Source: a virus. Taken from it: a stretch of 64,000 bases of DNA. The stretch spans positions 65,507-129,506 of IMG/VR virus record IMGVR_UViG_3300027741_000002, one strand, 5' to 3'. Numbering within the stretch: the stretch's first letter is position 1; every line of letters begins with the position of its first letter. Positions 27,767 to 37,556 of this stretch are shown one piece after another. Under the pieces are notes generated by a model. It saw nothing but the letters and a program-made list of their open reading frames with translations, made no database searches and was not told the DNA's origin. The position numbers and the translations under genes are program-made.

Positions 27767-27952
27767 TTACTTCGTTCTTCCAAATGCTGCGTCATTAGGA
27801 TTTAGGTAGCGAAGTACAACAGGAAGGATCGCAGCAAGACCAGCCTTTGCGATATCCGCTGGGTTTGTTACTCCTGCCATATAAACCGCGATTCCTGCGG
27901 CTAGGAATGAACGAGCCCATGAGGCTGCCATTGCTTTTAGTTCGTTAGTCAT
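27767..27952 (-). CDS. Holin-like membrane protein
   Basis: ASWARSFLAA..AAILPVVLRYLNPNDAAFG. Confidence 0.7.
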   Translation of the reverse strand: MTNELKAMAASWARSFLAAGIAVYMAGVTNPADIAKAGLAAILPVVLRYLNPNDAAFGRTK

Positions 27953-28092
27953 GTTTTCTCCTTATGAGTCAGGGTTGACTCTAGGAGAAATTCTACATCA
28001 GGTTGGAGAGGTTGAGGAGGAAAGAGGAGAGAGACTACCTCGCTTCTGCTTTGTGTAGAAACAGAATATGAATGTACGGGTAAACTGCTTCT

Positions 28093-28338
28093 TTAAAGCG
28101 GCCCGTTTCCTTGAATCACGTCAATCGCCTGTCTTAGTCCCAAGGTGTAAAGGGTCGTGTCATCTGGGACTTCAGCCTCCCAATGCTTAATCATCTTGGT
28201 AAGTTCTTTAACCTGTTTGTCTTCTAATGCTTGTAGCTTTTTATTTAGTACAAGGTACAGATCCTGCTGACGATACCCAGGGTGGGCTAGGGCAGTAATC
28301 AAATCCTTATATAATTCATTTACAAAATCGCTATTCAT
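28093..28338 (-). CDS. Hypothetical protein
   Basis: ATGA-coupled; DDTTLYTLGLRQAIDVI. Confidence 0.65.
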   Translation of the reverse strand: MNSDFVNELYKDLITALAHPGYRQQDLYLVLNKKLQALEDKQVKELTKMIKHWEAEVPDDTTLYTLGLRQAIDVIQGNGPL

Positions 28339-28547
28339 TTTGTCTCCTTTGTTTTCTTACTCACAACTATGTTAACTGGCTTCCATCCCTTGTTACAGTC
28401 ACAACCGCAGATCCATAACTTGTCGTACCACGCGATTTCATGTGGGCATGAGTCATGGGTGTCGGTCCGACAAAATCCACAGGAACCTTCAAGTGGAATA
28501 ACCTCTCGGATACTAGTCCACTCTTCATTCCTTAGCTCTTTACTCAA
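28335..28547 (-). CDS. Small Cys-rich protein
   Basis: CGFC..HDSC..CGCDC. Confidence 0.65.
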   Translation of the reverse strand: MSKELRNEEWTSIREVIPLEGSCGFCRTDTHDSCPHEIAWYDKLWICGCDCNKGWKPVNIVVSKKTKETK

Positions 28548-29232
28548 CGACGTACACCACTTGTTTATGATGTTTCAGCTTAACGGTGGGGTCTACCCAA
28601 ATCTTATATCCGGCTTCCTTAGCGCCTTCACACCAGGAGTAGTCTTCTCCCATGTTCACCGCAAAACCGTTCTCTTCCCAGAAGACCTCGCGGATCTTGA
28701 ACCAGGGTCTCTTCATACTTTCAAAGACTCCATGCTTCATCGCAACGAAACCGAAACCTACACCGCCAACCTCCACTGGCTCCCAATGGAGAAGGAAGTC
28801 AGATTTGTTGACAAGTGTTGGGCGTCCTTGTGGATCTGATAGATTAACCGCTACTGTACCGTTTGGGTTGGTTTGGTACAACCCGCTGACCACGTCCATC
28901 TCTGAATCATAGATACGTAAAAAATCTTCCGGCGTCCACTCGATATCCGAATCAATCCAAAAGATCTTCTTGTAGGTGTACTTTCCACCGCCAATCTCGT
29001 TGGTCTTCCAGTTATGTCCATAGGAATCTGTCGCAACCTGTTCACGAGTACTTGGGATAAATGAACCAGACTTATGAAGCAGGTGGTATGAGATTCCCTT
29101 CTCGTTGAGCATTCTGGTAGTGGCAACGAGACTCGTCACGTACTCTGGCACGAACGAGAATGCTGGCGTCGCAATCAGGACGTCATAGTGAAGTACATCA
29201 GCCTTGACAATCGGTAACTCTTTCATCACCAC
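28540..29232 (-). CDS. GT-A fold glycosyltransferase-like protein
   Basis: VLIATP, IFWIDSDIEW (DxD), VVSGLY, GFGFVAMKHGVFE, GEDYSWC, IWVDPTVKLKH. Confidence 0.82.
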   Translation of the reverse strand: MVMKELPIVKADVLHYDVLIATPAFSFVPEYVTSLVATTRMLNEKGISYHLLHKSGSFIPSTREQVATDSYGHNWKTNEIGGGKYTYKKIFWIDSDIEWTPEDFLRIYDSEMDVVSGLYQTNPNGTVAVNLSDPQGRPTLVNKSDFLLHWEPVEVGGVGFGFVAMKHGVFESMKRPWFKIREVFWEENGFAVNMGEDYSWCEGAKEAGYKIWVDPTVKLKHHKQVVYVVE

Positions 29233-29602
29233 TCAAAGCCCACCCAGACAAAGATCAAATCAAGATCAAAGTTGTTTGGGCTAATGGCTATCCCGAGCGC
29301 AAGACGTCTATGTGAGTAACCACAATGAAACCAACGGTTACCCGTCTTACCTAGCTTTCTTTCATAGTGTGAGCTTAGCGCCATTTGCCACCTTCTTGCT
29401 AATCTTGTTAATTGTCAATCCGGTCTCTTCGTCCGTGAAGGACTCACCGTCATACGTAAATCCCGTATCCTCAATAGCAATCACCCAGGCTTGGCCAGGG
29501 ATATTAAGAACCATCAGCATATAATTAAGTACTCTACTTTTCCACTCTGGCATCTCGATAAGAACATACGCAGGGAGATCCTTCTTTTTCTTCTTAGCCA
29601 CA

Positions 29603-30097
29603 TCACACCACCGTTCTACATGTAGGACACAACAGAGCGTCAAAGCCAGTTGCTTCATCTGCACCATATCCAGATTGAGTCACGGGGACAGGAATAACGT
29701 TCGTGGCCTTTTCACCGCACCTATCGCAGGCAAGCTCAATAATCCACTTGACGGACTTACCTGCTTGAATGCTCGAGTACATTCCACGAGCTAAGGCATG
29801 CATTGCTCCTGCACCTTCAGTCTTACGAAGGAACACACGAGTATCGTCTACCTCAAGGACAGCTCTAGGTTTCTTGCAGGGACAACGCAGAGCACTTGGC
29901 TTGCAGTCAACCATTCCAGAGTAGACCGTGTGCTTGGTCATGGCGTGACCACAAACGCAGACCCGTCGATCTCGACCACCGCTCTTAGTTTTTGCAACCA
30001 GCTTCTTATCTGCCGCCGCAACTTCCTCGAAGGATAATCCCATTGCCTTTAGGGCATCATCATCAATCATCGGTTTTCCTTTATCCATTGACTTCAA
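29603..30097 (-). CDS. Cys-rich zinc-binding protein
   Basis: CVCGH..H..C..CPC; CDRC..CPTC. Confidence 0.65.
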   Translation of the reverse strand: MKSMDKGKPMIDDDALKAMGLSFEEVAAADKKLVAKTKSGGRDRRVCVCGHAMTKHTVYSGMVDCKPSALRCPCKKPRAVLEVDDTRVFLRKTEGAGAMHALARGMYSSIQAGKSVKWIIELACDRCGEKATNVIPVPVTQSGYGADEATGFDALLCPTCRTVV

Positions 30098-30317
30098 GCA
30101 CCATGTAGATGCATAGTGCCCACAGGATAGTTATAAGGACAAGCAGTGAGTAGAGGATCTTCCTCATCACTGGATTTTCTTTTCTTGCTGACCAGCCGTA
30201 GTATGCAACTATGGCTACACCAAATGTAGCAATTACAATTGCAACCCAATCAGTTTTTAGTAACACTTTGTCTCTCCTATCGTTTGTATAAAAAACCTTA
30301 TCATGATAGCCAACCAA

Positions 30318-30700
30318 AGTACAACCAAAATCAACTTAAAATCTTAATTCTTTAATTCTTGACTATAAAAACTAAAGCCCCTAGGGAGAACTCCCTACAC
30401 GTAAACTAAATATAGTTAACTATTTAAGTATTATAATATTCAGATTATTAGGATTATTTAAGATACTAAGCAGCAATCAACTTTTCGAACCACTACTTTC
30501 ACTTAGTATCGACCTGGAGCCTTACTAAGCACTTTTGTATCTCCAGCTCTATCACTTTCACTTAGTATCTACTTTTCACCCTTCTGCAACTCCAACTCAT
30601 ATTCAACCATTCTCAACCATTTCTTTAATAATTCTCGTTCACTCTCTTCTCTCTTTTCGTCCTCTTATTCTTGCTCGCGGTGAAGATTTCACGTTAAAAT
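30318..30700. other. AT-rich non-coding strand-switch region with 16-bp direct repeats (origin/regulatory candidate)
   Basis: ACTTTCACTTAGTATC at 30495-30510 and 30554-30569; inverted core AGATACTAAG at 30461; genes diverge from here. Confidence 0.55.
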
Positions 30701-30706
30701 CCTCCT

Positions 30707-30958
30707 ATGATTATCGGCAATTCGACCGCGCACTACCAGGCGATGAACCGTATGCAGGCATGTACCTACACAATCCGTACCCTACTCTTAGAGCTAGAGG
30801 ACCCAGGTTCTATAGAGCTTCGCGCAGACCTAGCTATCCAGGCACAGGATCTTCTTAACGAGGTTGTACTCCTCTCAGACAGAATATCCAATATTACCTG
30901 GCAGGAACTTGACAAGAAAGCTCACCCATCAGATAGAAGCAATAAACAACTAGACTAA
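30707..30958 (+). CDS. Hypothetical protein (leaderless)
   Basis: TAAAAT-N6-ATG. Confidence 0.65.
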   Translation: MIIGNSTAHYQAMNRMQACTYTIRTLLLELEDPGSIELRADLAIQAQDLLNEVVLLSDRISNITWQELDKKAHPSDRSNKQLD

Positions 30959-30966
30959 GGAAAAAA

Positions 30967-33684
30967 GTGCCCCGTAAAGCTCACCGTGGGGGAGAGCACG
31001 AGACACATAAGCAACACAGGAAGAGCAACATATCTTATAGATTTTTTGCTACCCTTCTTCTAAGCGCTACACTATATCTATTAGGACAATCCTTGGCGTA
31101 CGCCGAGGATACGGTTCCTGCACCGTCTGAGCAGGTAGTTGTTAGCCCTGCACAGCAGGCGGTCAACACCGCACTGGCTACCGCCACAACTGAAGTTACC
31201 CAGGCAGCGGCTGCGTCCGATACCGCTGCCGCTACCGTCGCTATCGCACAGCCATTAGTCACTGCCTCTAACACCGCGGTTGCCACCGCAACCACCGCCG
31301 TCTCCACCGCGGTCACAGCGGTTGCAGCAGTTGCAAATACCTCAACGGTTACCGATACAGCAACTGCGACAGCTGCTACCGTTACAGCTGCCGTAACACA
31401 GGTTGCTACCGCTATCGCGGCGATACCCGTGACTATTACCGCGTCTACACCCGAGATCACTACCGCGCAGACTGCGATTACAAACGCAACAGCGGTTGTA
31501 GAAAGCGCAACTGCAACAGTTATAGCGGCTGCCAACACTATAGCGGCAGAGCCTTTAGCGACAACCTCCGCGGTTGTTACCGCGATTGCAACAGAGACTG
31601 CCCGGGCGGCGACAGCGTCCACTGCAATTCAAACAGCGTCCACCGCAATTGAATCCGCAACTGCGTCCATCGCAGCTGCAACAACAGCGGTAGCTGCTAT
31701 AGCTCCTGCACGAACAGAGGCGCAGACTCAGTTAACTCAGGCTAACGTCGCAATCAACACAGCGCAGGACGCAGTTAACGCATTGGCTGCAACCATCGGA
31801 ACGTCTACAAACGTTTTAGCAAATACAGACGATGCAGGGGTTCGCATGAACCTACCGTTTAACCTACGCATGGGAAACACCGTTTACACAAATGTTTATG
31901 TTGGTTCTAACGCAACGATTACCTTTGGTGTCAACGAAGGACAAAATTATTACTCCACTCCTAACGCACCTTCAATTTCTATCGCGGGATATGACTGGAC
32001 GACGTGGAGTAACGGATCCGGAGTTACCTACTCGACAACAACTAATACCCTATCTATCGCGTGGGACGTTCGCGTCTTTCCTCTAAGAACTGCCGATACT
32101 CAGATGACACAGATTAGATTTAACGCGGACGTTAATCCACAAGACGGCGCATGGGCAGCGGATGTAAACGTTACCGGTCTAATTCCGAATGGCGCAAGGT
32201 TTAACATGCGAGAAACTACCGGCGGAGCAGTTACCGCTATAGCGGACACAAACTCGGGACCTGGATTTAATGGAACAATCAGTCAAGGAGCTGCATTTAC
32301 GCCAACTCCAGACTCAAGCACCGCTACTATTCAAGCGGCTATCAACACAGCCAACGCGCAGATCGCAGCGCTTAACACACAGGTTACAGCGATTGTTGCT
32401 CAAAATGCCACTACTACTTCTGCGGTAGCAGCTCTCGCTCCTATCACGATAGTCTCTTCAAATACGGTTGCAGCTTTGCAAACTGCAACTACGACGTTAA
32501 CTACTAAGACTGAATCACTTGCTGCAGTTTCATCTGCAGTTGATGTTGTTGTTGCCGCACCTACTGCTATCACGGCGGCTCAAGTAGTTGTTACGCAGGC
32601 AGCTGCCATACAGTCTGCAGTTGAAGCTGCAAGAGTTTTAGCGGAGCAACTTGCTGCTCAACAAGCAGCGGCTAACGCTGCACAAGCAGCAGCAGCAGCA
32701 GCAGCGTCTGTAAACGCTCCTCAAGCACCAGAACCCCCAGCTCCAACTCCTGAACCAGTAGCTCAAGCTCCTGTAGAGCCACCTACTCCTCCGACCGAGG
32801 AGATACCTGCGCCAACACCTGAAGTCCCTGCACCGCCAATTCCAAAGCCTGAAACACCAGTCGACCCAGATACCCCAGTAGACCCAAAACCACAGCCACC
32901 AACAGAGCCGGAACAACCACCACAACCAGTGGAACCGCCAACACCAGAGCCAGAACCCGTCGAACCACCAACACCATTAGAACCTCCTGTGAAAGAACCT
33001 AAGCCAGATCCTATACCATCTGCTCATGAAAGCACGGTAGAAGCTCTTGCAGATGGCAGAGTTTCTGCGAGTGAAGCAAGGGCTGTTGGAGAATCACTTG
33101 CGGCTGATGGAAAAGTTTCTGTCGCGGAGATTAGAGATGTTGTAGCTCAAATCTCTGGAGGAGGAGAACTATCTGCGTCAGAGAAAACTGCGGTTGCAGG
33201 AGTTCTTGTTGCTGCATTTACAAACAACGGTGATGCAATTCCTGCGTCCGCGATGGCAGCTTCTGGAATTGACTACAAAGATTTACCTCCTGATACACCG
33301 GTTGAACTTGCAAACGGAGTAGTTATCGTTGCTGAAGTTCAGGCAGCGTTTGAAGTGTTAGCAGACCCAGGGCAACTCCTTGCGGCGGCCTTAACAGACC
33401 CTGGACAGGTTCTTACAGCGCTTTCTAATCTAGGCGCGGATATGTCTGATGAAGAACGTAAGCAGTCTAAGGAAGCGGTTGTGGCAACTGTTGTTGCCGC
33501 AGGAGCTGCAATTCAAGCAGCGGCAGGTGCAGCAACATCTGCAGCAGGCTCTGCTTCACGCGGCGGCTCATCATCTAGCGGTGGCTCCTCTGGAGGGGGA
33601 GGTGGTGGAGGTGGATCATCAGGAGATGGCAAAGGAAAGAAGATTGGCCGACGTCGTACAACCAATAGAACCCCAAGAAAATAA
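30967..33684 (+). CDS. Large exported Ala/Thr-rich, Pro-rich surface protein
   Basis: Signal peptide ending LAYA; A/T-rich stalk; central beta-rich domain (MNLPFNLRMG..VYVGSNATITFG); P/E-rich spacer; Gly/Ser and basic tail. Confidence 0.8.
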   Translation: MPRKAHRGGEHETHKQHRKSNISYRFFATLLLSATLYLLGQSLAYAEDTVPAPSEQVVVSPAQQAVNTALATATTEVTQAAAASDTAAATVAIAQPLVTASNTAVATATTAVSTAVTAVAAVANTSTVTDTATATAATVTAAVTQVATAIAAIPVTITASTPEITTAQTAITNATAVVESATATVIAAANTIAAEPLATTSAVVTAIATETARAATASTAIQTASTAIESATASIAAATTAVAAIAPARTEAQTQLTQANVAINTAQDAVNALAATIGTSTNVLANTDDAGVRMNLPFNLRMGNTVYTNVYVGSNATITFGVNEGQNYYSTPNAPSISIAGYDWTTWSNGSGVTYSTTTNTLSIAWDVRVFPLRTADTQMTQIRFNADVNPQDGAWAADVNVTGLIPNGARFNMRETTGGAVTAIADTNSGPGFNGTISQGAAFTPTPDSSTATIQAAINTANAQIAALNTQVTAIVAQNATTTSAVAALAPITIVSSNTVAALQTATTTLTTKTESLAAVSSAVDVVVAAPTAITAAQVVVTQAAAIQSAVEAARVLAEQLAAQQAAANAAQAAAAAAASVNAPQAPEPPAPTPEPVAQAPVEPPTPPTEEIPAPTPEVPAPPIPKPETPVDPDTPVDPKPQPPTEPEQPPQPVEPPTPEPEPVEPPTPLEPPVKEPKPDPIPSAHESTVEALADGRVSASEARAVGESLAADGKVSVAEIRDVVAQISGGGELSASEKTAVAGVLVAAFTNNGDAIPASAMAASGIDYKDLPPDTPVELANGVVIVAEVQAAFEVLADPGQLLAAALTDPGQVLTALSNLGADMSDEERKQSKEAVVATVVAAGAAIQAAAGAATSAAGSASRGGSSSSGGSSGGGGGGGGSSGDGKGKKIGRRRTTNRTPRK

Positions 33685-33715
33685 TATAGAATATGCAACT
33701 TAAGGAGCAAAAATA

Positions 33716-33901
33716 ATGAAAGATCTCTTCCGCGACATTGTAGACCAAGCATGGACTCTCCTTGGCATGTTCGTAGCTTGGCTTGTGCTTGATGGATCTG
33801 CAAAGACCATTACAGGATATGCAATCATTGCTACCTCTGCGTTTTGGATAGCTACCTACCCTCTTCGTAATCCTAAGGATGATGAAGATACAGAGGGATA
33901 A
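33716..33901 (+). CDS. Small two-TM membrane protein
   Basis: AAGGAG RBS; QAWTLLGMFVAWLVLDGSAK. Confidence 0.75.
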   Translation: MKDLFRDIVDQAWTLLGMFVAWLVLDGSAKTITGYAIIATSAFWIATYPLRNPKDDEDTEG

Positions 33902-33982
33902 TCCTCTTCTTTAAAATTATAATAAATACGCGTTTCCTGTATATAATTTAACTCGTTAATCAATAACGAGGAGAGATTATAG

Positions 33983-34297
33983 ATGAAAAGACTTGTTGTA
34001 TACGTAGTCAACGTTGATGAAGATATTGCCGAGAAAGCATTTAACAATGCTGTAGAGGCTACCTCTCTTCTTCCCTTTGTAGATATCAAGACAAAGACCA
34101 TTAACGTCGAGCCAAATGATGACTACCGTGGAATCGTTGCGTCCTTTGAGTATGATCTTACTATCCCCGACCCCGATAACGCTAATATGAAAAAGGCGTC
34201 AATCGCGGTGCATGATGCAATGCAGACAATTATTAAATCCAACCTATGGAGTATACCCGCAGTCCGAGTGATGACAGAATCAGGAAACCCACAATGA
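33983..34297 (+). CDS. Hypothetical protein
   Basis: GAGGAG RBS; ATGA-coupled to the next gene. Confidence 0.65.
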   Translation: MKRLVVYVVNVDEDIAEKAFNNAVEATSLLPFVDIKTKTINVEPNDDYRGIVASFEYDLTIPDPDNANMKKASIAVHDAMQTIIKSNLWSIPAVRVMTESGNPQ

Positions 34298-34773
34298 GCA
34301 AACAGTTTGAAGAGATTACCGAAAAGTACGCGGCTAAAATTGCGCCTCACCTTGAGCTTGCAAAGAAGGCCTACGGACTTCGCGGACAGGCAACCCCTGC
34401 CCACAGGGCATCCGCCAAGTACACAGAGCTAATTAAGGAATACTACTCTAAGGGTGGATCCCTCGTTGCTCTCTCAGAGAAGTTAGGTGTTGCCTATTCC
34501 GGCCTGCGGCGGAGAGTTTTCACCTCGGCCATTCCCCCTGTAGCTCGTAAAAACCGTTCACGCGCGACCGAGGAGACCATCGCTAAGTCACTTGAGTCCA
34601 TTCTAAAGGCACGTGATACGTCAACCGAGGATTACCATCAAGAGTTGCATGATGCGTACCACGCGGGCATCTCCCTTGCTACCGTCTCTAAGGCGCTAGG
34701 TCTTTCATCATCCGCTCCTCTCTATTACGCCGTTCAGCGTCACGCTATGCGCGTGCAGGAAGGCAAGAAGTAA
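34294..34773 (+). CDS. Tandem HTH DNA-binding protein
   Basis: KGGSLVALSEKLGVAYSGLRRRV; AGISLATVSKALGLS. Confidence 0.75.
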   Translation: MSKQFEEITEKYAAKIAPHLELAKKAYGLRGQATPAHRASAKYTELIKEYYSKGGSLVALSEKLGVAYSGLRRRVFTSAIPPVARKNRSRATEETIAKSLESILKARDTSTEDYHQELHDAYHAGISLATVSKALGLSSSAPLYYAVQRHAMRVQEGKK

Positions 34774-34960
34774 TTATGCTAACTACAATTTTCGCCATGC
34801 TTGTTACGTGGTATGCGACTAAGGTTTATTACACGGGGTCGACTGTTTTTAAGTTAAGCAAGTTTAATAGCAAGGATCTTATCCACGCAAAGTGTTCTAA
34901 GTGCTGCATTGTTGTCACCACCAACAAAGATAACCTTCGCGTTCCCTTCTACTGTTCGTC

Positions 34961-35590
34961 ATGCAAATGACAAAGCTTATGGATAAAGAGCAAATAAAAT
35001 CAATAAAAAACTATGTTGAACCGTCGGACGCTCAAGCATTGATTAACTTGATGGAAGAGTTAAAATTAAAAGATCAACTAAATAACGAAAGAGGAGACGG
35101 CACTTTTAGACTATACAACTCTGATAACCCTGTCTTGATTGATTTTGTAAAAAAGTATTCTAATAAATTTATTGATCAAGAAGAACTTTACGTAGCAGAA
35201 AACTTAGTAGGGCTGTACGAAGAGGGCGCCTTCATGAAAGTTCATAGAGACGTTGAAGATGAGTCTGAGACGATAAGCACAGTCATATATCTAAATGATG
35301 AGTACGAAGGCGGAGAACTATCTTTCCCAGAAATCGATGGTGGATACACTTACAGACCAGAAAAGTATGAACTTATTTATTTCCCAACACCGTACCTACA
35401 CGGGGTAAATCCAGTAATATCTGGCAAAAGATACATAATTACCATTTCTTACACAGATAAAGTGCCCACTAATGCGACGCAGTACTGGTCCCCGGCAGTT
35501 AAGGTATGCAAAACTTGTAGCCCTGATGCAACTACACCTTGCCAGCTTTCTCATACCTTTTGCCCTTATAGAGATATCAACACGAAGTAA
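34961..35590 (+). CDS. 2OG-Fe(II) oxygenase (prolyl-4-hydroxylase-like)
   Basis: VHRD, STVIYLNDEYEGGELSF, YLHGVNPVISGKRY. Confidence 0.9.
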   Translation: MQMTKLMDKEQIKSIKNYVEPSDAQALINLMEELKLKDQLNNERGDGTFRLYNSDNPVLIDFVKKYSNKFIDQEELYVAENLVGLYEEGAFMKVHRDVEDESETISTVIYLNDEYEGGELSFPEIDGGYTYRPEKYELIYFPTPYLHGVNPVISGKRYIITISYTDKVPTNATQYWSPAVKVCKTCSPDATTPCQLSHTFCPYRDINTK

Positions 35591-35772
35591 AAAGAAGTAT
35601 AAATGAGCGCCCCGACCAGACTTTTTTGTCACGTATTCAGAAGGGTGCCATCCTCTCTTGATGAACAGGTTAAGAAGGATCTAATGACGCACAAGCACGA
35701 CTTCGTGCAAGATTTAGACGGACAGGTTACCTGCTCTATTTGCGGAGCTACAGATGACGGGAAGGAACTTAA

Positions 35773-35991
35773 TTGATGTGGTCCTGGGTACTTGCGGTGA
35801 TAGGTGTGACAGGGATATACTTTGTAGGTCGCAAGACTATATGGGGTTGGCTTGTTCTTTTAACTAACGAGTGTATCTGGATTGTGTACGCTCTTGCGAC
35901 AGATCAATACGGATTTATCTTTGCAGCCACCGCTTACTCCGCGGTATATGTTAAATCATATCTACACTGGAGACGTGCAGAGCGGTTATGA
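35773..35991 (+). CDS. Small PnuC-like membrane protein
   Basis: GRKTIWGWLV..WIVYALATDQYGFI..YLHW. Confidence 0.65.
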   Translation: MMWSWVLAVIGVTGIYFVGRKTIWGWLVLLTNECIWIVYALATDQYGFIFAATAYSAVYVKSYLHWRRAERL

Positions 35992-36245
35992 AGAAAATGA
36001 AGGAGCCTCCAATTGGCTCGGTAGTCGTCGCTAGAAACGGAAGCGCCTGGCAAAAAGATCCAAAGGGCTGGGGCATGGTTGGCTCAGATGGATCTTGGAA
36101 ATATAGCTGGTCAACGCTTGTAAAAGAGCTATATGAAGATATGTACTACCCAACGCAGGAATGGCAACCAGTTCTTGGAGATAAAAGACTCCCCTGTATT
36201 GTTTACGTCCCGCACGATGAGTTGATTGTAGAGGATGAAGAGTGA
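35988..36245 (+). CDS. Hypothetical protein
   Basis: ATGA-coupled; EPPIGSVVVARNGSAWQ. Confidence 0.6.
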   Translation: MKKMKEPPIGSVVVARNGSAWQKDPKGWGMVGSDGSWKYSWSTLVKELYEDMYYPTQEWQPVLGDKRLPCIVYVPHDELIVEDEE

Positions 36246-36388
36246 CAGTTCAATTCACGTTCTTTTGTCCTAACTGCAAGGGTAAAGCCTACGGAGTTGT
36301 GTCAGACCAGCTTACCATCGACGGTGATGATACCTGCTATGATTGTAACTCTGATTGGGAAAAGGTTATAGTAAACAGATAGTACAAC

Positions 36389-36461
36389 GCGGACGTAGCG
36401 CAGTTGGTAGCGCGGAACCTTGCCAAGGTTCAGGTCGCCGGTTCAAACCCGGTCGTCCGCT
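36389..36461 (+). tRNA. tRNA-Gly (GCC), CCA not encoded
   Basis: Acceptor stem GCGGACG/CGTCCGC, D-arm GCGC..GCGC, anticodon arm GAACC-TTGCCAA-GGTTC, T-arm GCCGG-TTCAAAC-CCGGT, U73. Confidence 0.96.
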
Positions 36462-36484
36462 CTGGTTCACGATATTATAAAGTC

Positions 36485-36691
36485 ATGCCCTTGACCTATG
36501 GAGTCATCTCTCCGATAGTTCCTAGTGACGTCTGTGATCTCTGCCCGTCCTTTGCTGCGGTGAAGGCTGAGATTAAAAACAAGATAATCTTTCTATGTGA
36601 CATACATGCGTTCGTGCACAGCGAAACAATCTGGGAGGCGGCAACAGCCGTCTATGACAAGCTGGACATACTTCCGCCAAAAGACGCTTAA
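36485..36691 (+). CDS. Small CxxC..CxxH protein (leaderless)
   Basis: TATTAT-N6-ATG; CDLC..FLCDIH. Confidence 0.65.
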   Translation: MPLTYGVISPIVPSDVCDLCPSFAAVKAEIKNKIIFLCDIHAFVHSETIWEAATAVYDKLDILPPKDA

Positions 36692-36692
36692 A

Positions 36693-36929
36693 CTAGATAA
36701 CTAGTGTAGCAGCTTCTTCTTCTGTCAAAGGTGTTCCTGCAACAAGCTTAGCCTTAGCTGAAGCCTTCAGAGCTGCGAGTGCCGCGGCTGCAGCTTCTTC
36801 CTCTTCGCGACGAGCTGCAGCATCTGCTGCATCTTGGTCACGCTGAGCGATTTCAGCTGCTGTAAGTTCAAGGATCTGTTGTTCGCCTGTTGAGCAATCA
36901 ACTACGATCTTTGTTGGTGTATCTGACAT
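36693..36929 (-). CDS. Fibre-associated small protein (chaperone-like)
   Basis: PTKIVVDCSTGEQQILELTAAEIAQR..KLVAGTPLTEEEA; similar architecture to 52832..53041. Confidence 0.65.
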   Translation of the reverse strand: MSDTPTKIVVDCSTGEQQILELTAAEIAQRDQDAADAAARREEEEAAAAALAALKASAKAKLVAGTPLTEEEAATLVI

Positions 36930-37270
36930 TATGCTGTTACCTGAACCCAAGATGTTGTAGCTTCATCCCATGTGTACATCTTGTCATCTTCTGGACGAGC
37001 AACAGGTGCGTCCCAGTTGCATGTCTCTTCGTTCAAGACCCAAGACGCAAAAGGCTTAGGTGGAATAAAAGCATCGCGGCCGGAATCAAATGTGTATCCA
37101 ATTCCTGCGTAGTTCTTGCGAATACGCGCGTTGTAAGATGTCTGAACCCATGTGCCACCAAGACCGAGGTCGGCAGCTAGGTAATCATTTCCGCGGTTTT
37201 CCTGCTCGTCTGGGACAACAAGAACACGTGTTACGAGGTTGTCTCCGTCAATTTCTGCAAAGTGTGCCAT
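36929..37270 (-). CDS. Conserved phage protein typically accompanying Gly-rich fibre genes
   Basis: MAHFAEID..VLVV..WVQTSYNARIRKNYAGIGYTFD..DAFIPPKPFASW. Confidence 0.75.
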   Translation of the reverse strand: MAHFAEIDGDNLVTRVLVVPDEQENRGNDYLAADLGLGGTWVQTSYNARIRKNYAGIGYTFDSGRDAFIPPKPFASWVLNEETCNWDAPVARPEDDKMYTWDEATTSWVQVTA

Positions 37271-37556
37271 TGTTATATATCTCCTTGGTTACGGCGTTAG
37301 TCCAATAATATCACAGGTACTTGTTTACTACTTCGGGTCTAGGTTACCTTCCCCGTAGACCACATCTGCGTTGACGAGCTTGACGTCACGTCGAGTGACG
37401 ATTCCGCCCTTTTCGTCCAATTGCTTCTTTGCGGTGATCTCGTCGTCCGCAATGATATGGATAAGCATAGTGACCTCATAGCTGAAGCACTGCGTTACCT
37501 TTTTGTCCTTGATAGGTGTTACCTTTGCCATGTCTTCTCCCTTGTTAATAGGTCTA

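Noticed and set aside
36404-36484. N-terminal extension of ORF 36404..36691
   Set aside because: It overlaps the tRNA-Gly; the real start is more likely ATG 36485.
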